The position numbers were made by a program, and so were the translations under genes. A stretch of 64,000 nucleotides of DNA from assembly GCF_006345805.1 (NCBI RefSeq), contig NC_043008.1, positions 76,012,001-76,076,000 on the forward strand, written 5' to 3'. This stretch comes from Octopus sinensis. Lineage: Eukaryota. The notes beneath the pieces are model-generated. The model saw only the letters and a program-made list of their open reading frames with translations, was not told where the DNA came from and searched no databases. Shown piece after piece: positions 54,271 to 64,000 of this stretch. How positions within the stretch are numbered: position 1 is the first letter of the stretch; the number at the start of each line of letters is the position of its first letter.

Positions 54271-56842
54271 TTAGGCTTATTATATTCTGCATTATTCTAT
54301 ATTTTGCAGACTCATTTGTATATATATATATGAATATTCCTTATTTTCGTTATGCATATTCCTTATTTTCGTCAAATGTCTGTTCGCCTTTACTTATATT
54401 TTCATTCTATCAGATTAAATTTTTGTACTTATCATTTTGGATGTCTCCTATGAAGAAGACAAAGGACATTTCTTTCCAGATAATTACTTATCAACATTTT
54501 TCATTATTGCTTATATTTTCCAAGATATACTGTTGCAATCAGTTACTTTTGGTAGTCTTGTTATGATATCTATACATATACGAGTATTCTATATCTTCTA
54601 CCAAGAGAACCGACCCTACAATATCATCACCTGCATTTTACTCCCTTAAATCTAAATTTAATGGTATTGATTTTTCAAAGACGAAAATATTTTGACGTTG
54701 AAATTTTAAAAAAACGCACAAGAAAAAAAACTTATGTTAGCTAAAATTAGAAAAGGAATGTAGCGCTTCTCAAGATTGATGTTGAACATCTTGAAACTAC
54801 TCTCGTTAACTTGAAAAACCACTGACAACATCATAATAACGTTGCCTATAACCAATTTGTCACTGAAGAAAAAAAAATAATAAACTGTCTTCTGAATGTT
54901 GGGTTATCAATATTTTCACAGCTCTGTAAGTACGTCTACACTTTTATGAATTCTCTTCCTGCTAGTGGAGTGTTACTTTTTGTTAGAATGACAGGGAGTA
55001 AAGGACATATATGTTGATAAGCTGTCCCTGAGAACGTCAAATTACATTGACTATACTTCTTCCACCGCAAAAGAATTCAGTTTACAGATCTGTAAATAAC
55101 TATATGGGTCAGATATTTATTTTCTTTATAATGCTGAATATCATTGATAAAATATGCTTCGTTAATCACACGTATTGACCATTCTACAGTGTTGTTGTTA
55201 ATTACATGCATGTAATTTTCAAGAAATATGGTTGATCTTTAAAAAAAGATACGATAATCAGCAGTTGGTACATGTTGGCTGATTGAACTATCTTGTAAGA
55301 TAAATTACGACATGTTAATTAATATTTTCAAATAACATAAGAACTTATAAATCTAACGCTTCTTTTGAGAAGTTCTGAAAGAGATTTATATGAATATATT
55401 AACTATCTAGTTGAAGTGCATCCCTAATTTACGTACGATATCTCAAACACTATTGGTTAGAGGATTGCTCTTTCTAAAATAACATTTTATCATAATCATA
55501 ATTCACGACATTATAACCACAAACGCGTCCTGTACAAACGAAACACATGACTTCAAACATTATTTACATCTCAAATTGTATTCCGCTTTACATAGATTTT
55601 GAATAACTTTATATTCTTCGATGTCAGTTAACACAATGTCACAACTAGTAGTTTCGGCTGATCCATTTCAAGATTGTGTGTCTAATCAATCTATTCTTAG
55701 CACTGGTTAAATATTTGATCAAACAACTAACAGATTTGTATCGTGCAGCTATCTGATCATTTCTTTACAATTAACCTCTCCAATAAAATGAATCAAACAT
55801 AAGCATTCATTTGAAAAGAGGTTATTGAGACGAACGAAGATTCAATGAATTGCACCAATTTTAAAAAGTTTAAACGAACGGAAAACGGAAAATAGATTTT
55901 GCAAACATCCATTTTCCTTTTTTCGCTTTGTTCCTGGTGTTATTTTCCCGTATTTTGCTTGAATGGTTTGGTATGACAAGGATGAGAAAGCTCCATAGAC
56001 ATTGAAATCTCCTTGCGACAGAGGTAATATAAATGCTGCTAAAATTCTACTTTAAACAGCTCTAAGTCGATTGTTGTTATACCTCATGAAGAAAGATTAT
56101 AATCTAGTAGATGACGATCTGTGGAGGTACAGCGGAGACCAAATGCTTTTAGATTAGTAAAGTGTTCAACATATTGCTGTTTGGAAAATAAGTGAAATAC
56201 CCGAGCTAAGGTCCGTTGTTTGGAGCTTGAATGTGTGCACCCAAATGTGACAAGGAAAGACTACTGAGGAGCAGTAGAAAAGACAGAGGGGTAATATGCA
56301 ACAATTGAAGACCAATGCATATTGGACACCAATTTCATATCACTGAAACAAGAGGTGTTTCTATGGGTGCTGTCTACAGTATATTTGTGTTTACCTGCAG
56401 ATGTGAAAGCAGTACTCCACCGTGGTTTTCCACTAAGCTTAGGGGATAATTAGAAATTGTTACAGGCTGAAATATCCCTATGATGAGAAGACCAACCATT
56501 TACCGCCTGTCAAAATGTAAAATTTCAAACACGAACCAAATATAGGTTCACCAACACAATATAGACAATTATCTAATTAATATTACTAACAGCATCACTG
56601 GATTCAGTGATTATATTTGTCAAAACGGTCTCTTTCTCAATAAACAGACCCCCCATCAGTTTTAACATCATTAATAACCAGCTCCTAAAATGTTGAATGC
56701 ATGTAGCTGATTATTGAGTACATATGTATTCATTATTATAATTATTCACTTGTATTTGCGTAGGCTATACTATATATATACATACAGATAGATAGATATG
56801 TATACATATATATACGTATATAAACATATATGTAGATATATA

Positions 56843-56884
<42 letters not shown>

Positions 56885-57649
56885 CGTATGTATAAACATA
56901 TCTCTATCTATCACTCTCCCTCTCTATGTATATATGTATGTAATTTAGCATTTCCCTCAGGTGTTTCAAGATTAATAACCATGTGTAGAACTCAATATGC
57001 GTGTGTTTCAGAATGAAGAATTACTTGAGTATGGAGTGCTAATAAGAAAGAAAGATGAGAAAAGAATATAAAAATATCTGATGAACTTCATTAACATGCA
57101 GCTGTTTCTGCTATTAACTGCGTGCTTGAATAACATCTTATAGCTTCACTGGAACTGCGGAAATAGGGTGCAATCTATTTGCGAAAGAATTACATTTTTG
57201 CCTGTATAGGTCTGAATACAACAGGTAGTACTATTAGGAAATATTAAGAAAACAGCAAAGTCAAACACTCCAGCCTTGATCTATTTAATACAATGCTTTC
57301 CCTACAACTACAGCAGGGGAAAACTCTAGCTCAAGTTCCTACTAATAGCAACAGTCCTACTTTCTACTAGACACTAAACTACAAACACTTTCTTCATTCA
57401 GTTGAATTCGAAGCGGAACTAAAGTCCCAACCCAGATGAAACTGCACTAACAATATTGGAAGTTTGCATCTGTAACAGTGTACGGTCGCCGCAGTAGAAA
57501 CACCTGTAGATCATGGGAATATGCTGTAAATAACCAAAATAAATTAGCGATGTGAAAATCTCCATTCTCCTTATCATTAATGGTATATATACATACATAC
57601 ATACATACATACATACATGTGTGTGTGAGTGAGTCTGTGTTTATATTCT

Positions 57650-57841
57650 TTTATTATTTTATTTGTTTCAGTCATTTGACTGGATTACCGCCTTAGTCGA
57701 ACAAATCGACCCCAGAACTTATTCCATGTAACCCTAGTACTTATTCTATCGGTCGCTTTTGACGTAAACACACCAGCATCGGTTGCCAAGTGATAATGGG
57801 GATACAAACAAAAACACAGAAGCATATACATACACACATAC

Positions 57842-57872
<31 letters not shown>

Positions 57873-57884
57873 ATATATATATAA

Positions 57885-57982
<98 letters not shown>

Positions 57983-58143
57983 CGGCGGGCTTCTTTCAGT
58001 TCCCATCTACCAAATCCACTCACAAGGATTTGGTCGGTGTGATGCTACAGCAAAAGATACTTGTCCAAGATGCCACGCAGTGGGACTGAACCCGGAACAA
58101 TGTCGTTGGGAAGCAAGATACTTACCACACAGCTACACCTGTA
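57650..58143 (-). mobile_element. Full-length SINE family A with an expanded internal (TA)n
   Basis: Reverse complement of 35688-36080 (tttgtttcagtcatttgac..caaatcgacccc..ctaccaaatccactcacaagg..ctgaacccggaac..cttaccacacagc). Confidence 0.85.
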
Positions 58144-59377
58144 TATAAATTATATATATACATACACAGATAAAGAAGCAGACAGACAGCTAGCTAGATA
58201 TGTGATAGCTGTAAAACTGCTTAACGAAATATGAAGATATATAGATATATTTACTCTTGAATATTGTGTTCTATTTTCCCAATTTGTTCCACCAAACCTA
58301 TATGGTTATATGTGAGTCTGCGTGTAAGTGTGCTCATATATTTATATACAGGCAGTAAATATGATTCAAAAGTTAACTATACAATACCTATATAAATTCC
58401 TGACAATTTCTTCCGTAATAAATTTCAGCCAATCAAAAACTTCTTCCCCCGTAATCAAGTGTGATAACAGTTACACCATGGAGATATCACTACATTCTCT
58501 AATGTAGTATAAAGATTGTATAAGATTATCGATTAACAGCATTTTCAAATTATTGCAGCTTCTGTGTACTGGGAGAACGAATTTCCCAGTGTTTTGTGTA
58601 GTGAGCAACCGCCAACATTCAGCCGAGAATTCAACAGTTTGCACACTGACGGAGACATCGAATTGTCTTCAGGACCAAGACACACCACTTCTAAAATAGA
58701 GCCAACATCAACCCCTTTATTCAAAAGTAATCATAGCCGAAAGGAATATACGGGATGTGCTTGCATGTTTTGCCAAATATATAATGTTGATAGTTAGTTT
58801 TAGTTAAATATGTATTCTGTCATATATAAAATATTTCTCTTCTGACAGTGTATGACTGTAGATAACTTCCCGAGACTGACTAGTAACACCACTATGCTGT
58901 AGCAATAACGCATAGACTACATCGTTCTTGGTACTGATGTCAGTGTTGCGTTTGGCGATCAAATGGAGCCTGTTCACTTATCTATTATCATTCTAGTACA
59001 CCATAGCGTGTAGAAAATGTCCACTGCTCTTAGAATTAGTTCATTACTTTATAAACTCCAATGTTTTATTGAAACAAAAGCCAAAACACTATGGGATGTA
59101 ATTACGCACACTAAAACACGTTAATCGCTTCATTTACTTTCACTTCTTCCGTTTGTCAAAGGCTCTTTTAGATTATTTTTACGTTTAGATAGTTGTGTGG
59201 AAATGTAGGCATGTACATATGTATACATTTATAATTACACTATCATACCCGTGTCGTCAATGATATTATTAATGATAAATGGCACATCAAAAGATTGGCA
59301 GAATCCATAGTAAATATATGTACATGCACAGAATTGGAGTACTTGAACAATCTGTTGGGATTGTCTCGGTTGATAAA

Positions 59378-61130
59378 GGGTCCCACGATCACTTATCTGG
59401 TGGGTAATGCGGAAACAAGTGATAGACGAATGGTTAGTAAGAATTGTACAGGCCCTGTACAGGGATGATGTAAGTAAGGTGAGGGTCGGCAACGAGTATA
59501 GTGAAGAATTCCCGGTATAGGTAGGCTTCACCAAGGAGCAGTCCTCAGCCCCCTCTTATTCATCATAGTCCGCTGGGCAATAACAGAGGAATCCAAGACA
59601 GGCTGCCCCTGGGAGCTCCTCTATGCTGATGACCTTGCTCTTATAGCTGAATCACTACCAGAAATAGAGAAGATATTTGAGGTGTGGAAGCAAGGTCTAG
59701 AAACGAAGAGCCTCAGAGTCAATGTAGCAAAAAGTCCTAAGTAGGAAGGAGGACAAATCACAAACCCCTTCGGGTAGATGGCCCTGCTCGATCTGTAGAA
59801 AATATGTAGGTAGAAACTCCAAAGGTTGTACCCAGTATAAGCTATGGACATATAAGAGGTGCAGCAATATCAAAGGAAGGTTAACCGTGATGATATTTTT
59901 TTGTGTGTGCAAATGCACAGGGGCAATAAATACCGAAGATGTTCTGAAAATAGATTCCATCACATACCAGCGTGAGAAATCAGAAATAGTTTAAAGCTTC
60001 CGCTACATAGGTGACCAAATCAGTTGTGAGGACAGATGCTCGCAGCGCGTTGCCACTAGAATATAAATAGCCTTGGTAAAGTTCAGAAAGCTCCTACCTT
60101 TTCTAGTAACAAGGGGCCTCTCGCTTAGAGGGAAAGGTAGACTGTATGCGAACAGCCATGCTACACGGCAGTGAAACATAGGCCATGACTGTTGAGGAGA
60201 TACATAGACTTGAAAGAAATGAAGCTAGGATGTGTAATATCAGTGTGTACACACAACAGAGTGTAAGTGCCCTGAGAAAAATGTTTGACATAGGAAGTAT
60301 GATATGTGGTGTACAAGAGAGACGACGAGCATGTGCTGCGTATGGATGAAGAGAGCTGTGTGAAGTCAGTCACACCCTAACAGTGGATGGAACTCGTGGA
60401 AGAGGGTGACCCAGGAAGACATGGGATGAGGTGGTGAGGAACGACCTTCGAACCTCACAGAGGTAATGAGAAGGGAGCGAGACCTTTGGAGATATGCTGT
60501 GATTGAAAAGACCAGCTAAGTAAAGTGAAATCACAGCCGTCGCCTATACCAGTGTCACATAGCCAACTCATTTAAATGTACCCTTGAATCATTGGGGATG
60601 CGCTGCGCTTGAGAAGACATTTTGAATCAAGTAAAATCAAAATCAAATCAAGATCGAAATCAAAATGGAAATTGTAATTGTCGCCGATACCAGTGCCGCC
60701 TGACTGGCACCCGTGCTGGTGGCACGTAATAAGCACCATTCAAGCTTGGGTCGATGCCAGTGCAACTTGATTGGCTCCCCGTACCGGTAGCACGTAAAAA
60801 GCACCATCCGAACGTGGTCGATGACAGACCCCTGGGGACTGGCTCCAGTGTCGGTGGCACGTAAAAAGCATCATTCAAACGTGGTCAATGCTTATGCCGC
60901 CTGACGGTCTTCCGTGACAGTGGCACATAAAAAGCGCCCACTTCAATGTCAGAATGGTTGGTGTTAGGAAGGGCATCCAGCTGTAGAAACTTTGCCAGAT
61001 CACACTGGAGCCTGGTGCAGCCTACTGGCTTGCCAATTCCCAGTCAAACCATCCAAACTGTGCCAGCATAGAAAGCGGACGTTAATTGATGATGATGATG
61101 ATGATGACGATGATGATGACGATAATGATA

Positions 61131-61183
<53 letters not shown>

Positions 61184-61200
61184 GATGATGATGATGATGT
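59378..61200 (+). mobile_element. 5'-truncated, decayed RTE-clade LINE with 3' UTR and (GAT)n tail
   Basis: PRSLIWWVMRK; LVRIVQALY; QGAVLSPLLFII; WELLYADDLAL; WPCSICRK; FRYIGD; MLHGSET; PRKTWDEVV; 3' end gttaggaagggcatccagctgtagaaac..gcggacgttaa followed by (GAT)n at 61086-61200. Confidence 0.9.
60686..60940 (+). repeat. Four diverged 67-bp tandem units in the RTE 3' UTR
   Basis: Units start at 60686, 60753, 60820 and 60887; each contains gt.gcac.taa.aagc. Confidence 0.9.
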
Positions 61201-62545
61201 CTGGCATATGACAATAAAGCTCGTAGGGCAGACCATCCAATCCGGCGACTTGTCTCCTGCGTAACGTAGCATCGTATTCCGTACATCCGCGACTGTGACA
61301 GTTCTGTTCCAACACTCCTCTTCTCTTGCCGTGAGTCGTGGCAGGCTATGCAGGTAGGCACTAAAGTCTACTCTGCGTTCTGATCCATCAGTTTTCCCGA
61401 ACAGTCGGGCAAGTTGCTGTTGAAAGGCCTCACACATCCTTTCGGGTAATTCACGTGCCTGCTCATCTGTCAGAGACCTAATGGTAGCTTTTTTTCCTCG
61501 TTGCGATTCACTCTGGCCTCTCGGGCGGCTCCAATTCCCTCGTTTCTCAGAGTACGCATACTAGCTCTGACAAGGCATGCTCTGTGTTTGGTGTTGAAGT
61601 GTTGGTCAAGGGCCAACTTCGCCGCCAGCACGTTCGACGTGATGCCACTTATATGTGCCTCTCCTAATTTCGTAACTAGGTCTCCCTCTGTTCAATTGCG
61701 ATCTATACCTTATGGATTTTGCTTTAATTATTCTCTTTAGAGTATACCACCAGTTATTGTTGACGATGGCTTCCGTCAACATCATCTTAACTAACGTGCT
61801 AACACGGTATCTGTAAGACTGTCGCAACGTGAACGACACGTTCAGTTTCCAGTAACCGGGATCCTGCCTATGATTCTTATCTAAGTCAAGCGTACAAGTA
61901 ACAAATTTGTCATCTGTGTAGCTGACTATATGAAATTGTGGACAACCTACCCTATCCCTATCCACTGTCCTACAGAATACTCTTTATAAATACGATCTGG
62001 ACGACCCGATTCGGTTGATACATCTCCACTTTGGCACATTCGAGTGGTCCAGTCGGTACCTGTTGGACAGTTGGTAATGTCTGAGCCGGTCTTTGAGGCA
62101 TTACATCCCCTCCCATTCCTATCTCTACCCACATAGTCTAGATGCGTGTCCAAGGTAGCGTTCCAATACTCCACTAAAAGTAAAGGTCGAGGCGTTCCCA
62201 GAAAAACCTCTAGACGCCGAAAGAAATCCGGCCGACTCATTAAGGACGGTGCATAAACTGTTATCAGCCGAGAAGCACACCAATTACTGCCATCAACATC
62301 CAAGACGACTAGCCTACCCTCCGAGTCTAGGAATATCGTTCTTACTTTGAGTTCCAGCCTCTTCCGGAGACAGAGAGAATTGTCTGCCAAACATATGCTT
62401 GAAGGTCCGTGGGTTGTGGAGACTGGTCTCACTGATGAGTATGATATCCACATTCAGTAACTTGATGTCAGTTAAAAGGTAGCCTTGTTTCCAATATGAC
62501 CCCAAGCCACGCACATTTATACAACCTATTCTATGCAAGTTCCTA
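61201..62545 (-). pseudogene. L1/Tx1-clade ORF2 5' fragment (APE endonuclease and tether), decayed
   Basis: IGCINVRGL..DIILISET; DSEGRLVVLDV; RLITVYAP; YWNATLD; SYTDDKFVTC; PGYWKLNVSF; GDKSP/GLDGLPYELY, cut at 61200 by the RTE tail. Confidence 0.88.
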
Positions 62546-62589
62546 TCGAAAGTTGTGTTTTGCTCACGAAAGGAAAAGGAAAATAATTA

Positions 62590-62631
<42 letters not shown>

Positions 62632-63207
62632 CTTACTGATGGAAAGTTGTTTGATCTCCTCCTCACAAATTTTTGTACATTTTTTTTTCATAAGTATTTT
62701 TGAAATCTCCTTACTGCATTAGGGTAGAGAGATATCAGTGTATTGTGTATGTTTTGCGTCACGTGTAGGAATTTTGCGTGTCGTGGTGGTGTTGTGCGTG
62801 GGTGATTGTTTGTTTTGACATTGACTTGTGTTATGTTGGTGTTTGCCCTAATGTATTGCATCAAGTCTGAATTGTTTGTGTTTATTGCTGTCAACATTGT
62901 GGATTCCTTATGTGTTTCTGTGTTTGTGTTAACGTTTGTGTTTTGTGCAGATGTTTTGGTTTCGAAAGTGGTAAATCTCCCCGCTTTGTTGGTTTGCTTC
63001 CCTATTCTTTTTTCTCCCATTTTCTCCTCCCCACTGTGACCCTTGCCTTTCCTCCGTGTCGCTTTCATCGGATGGCATGTCGAAGGACGCAGAAAGTGGG
63101 AGAGGAGGGTATTGGAGTCTATTTCTGAGTGTGTTAATGTTGAATTTGTTGATGGTATTGGTGCTAGTTGGTAACAGTTGGTAGATAGATAGATACATAG
63201 ATAGATA

Positions 63208-63249
<42 letters not shown>

Positions 63250-63824
63250 CTTACTGATGGAAAGTTGTTTGATCTCCTCCTCACAAATTTTTGTACATTT
63301 TTTTTTCATAAGTATTTTTGAAATCTCCTTACTGCATTAGGGTAGAGAGATATCAGTGTATTGTGTATGTTTTGCGTCACGTGTAGGAATTTTGCGTGTC
63401 GTGGTGGTGTTGTGCGTGGGTGATTGTTTGTTTTGACATTGACTTGTGTTATGTTGGTGTTTGCCCTAATGTATTGCATCAAGTCTGAATTGTTTGTGTT
63501 TATTGCTGTCAACATTGTGGATTCCTTATGTGTTTCTGTGTTTGTGTTAACGTTTGTGTTTTGTGCAGATGTTTTGGTTTCGAAAGTGGTAAATCTCCCC
63601 GCTTTGTTGGTTTGCTTCCCTATTCTTTTTTCTCCCATTTTCTCCTCCCCACTGTGACCCTTGCCTTTCCTCCGTGTCGCTTTCATCGGATGGCATGTCG
63701 AAGGACGCAGAAAGTGGGAGAGGAGGGTATTGGAGTCTATTTCTGAGTGTGTTAATGTTGAATTTGTTGATGGTATTGGTGCTAGTTGGTAACAGTTGGT
63801 AGATAGATAGATACATAGATAGAT

Positions 63825-63826
<2 letters not shown>
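62590..63826. repeat. Apparently identical 618-bp direct tandem duplication bounded by (GA)n/(GATA)n
   Basis: gtcacttactgatggaaag starts at 62628 and 63246; both copies give the same ORF translations in the track. Confidence 0.95.
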
Positions 63827-63998
<172 letters not shown>

Positions 63999-64000
63999 AG

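Noticed and set aside
60686-60940. CRISPR-like repeat-spacer appearance of the 67-bp units
   Set aside because: Eukaryotic LINE context; spacers are homologous to each other, repeats are not identical, and there are no cas genes.
61000-61437. Poly-His, poly-Ser and poly-Asp ORFs
   Set aside because: Translations of the (GAT)n retrotransposon tail.

Overview
AT-rich, microsatellite-dense eukaryotic DNA made almost entirely of transposable elements. The SINE families and the (TA)n/(GATA)n load resemble an Octopus/cephalopod genome; this is recalled from repeat signatures, not searched. No host protein-coding gene is supported with confidence. Main contents: (1) an intact Penelope-like retroelement (PLE; RT plus GIY-YIG, 942-3452, minus) with a 73-bp inverted repeat enclosing a type I hammerhead ribozyme; (2) a decayed PLE of the same type (about 8.4-10.4 kb); (3) a small element joining a tRNA-like Pol III head, an (AAT)n tract and a hammerhead core between inverted repeats (52.3-52.6 kb); (4) a DD34D mariner and a DD37D-like fragment; (5) a Ty3/Gypsy LTR-PBS-gag fragment and an ORF1-only LINE-like remnant; (6) two R4/Dong-like LINEs, one split by a TIR element; (7) four Helitron pieces; (8) an RTE LINE abutting an L1/Tx1 endonuclease fragment; (9) three SINE families; (10) an apparently identical 618-bp tandem duplication. 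Most ORFs in the supplied track are translated microsatellites.
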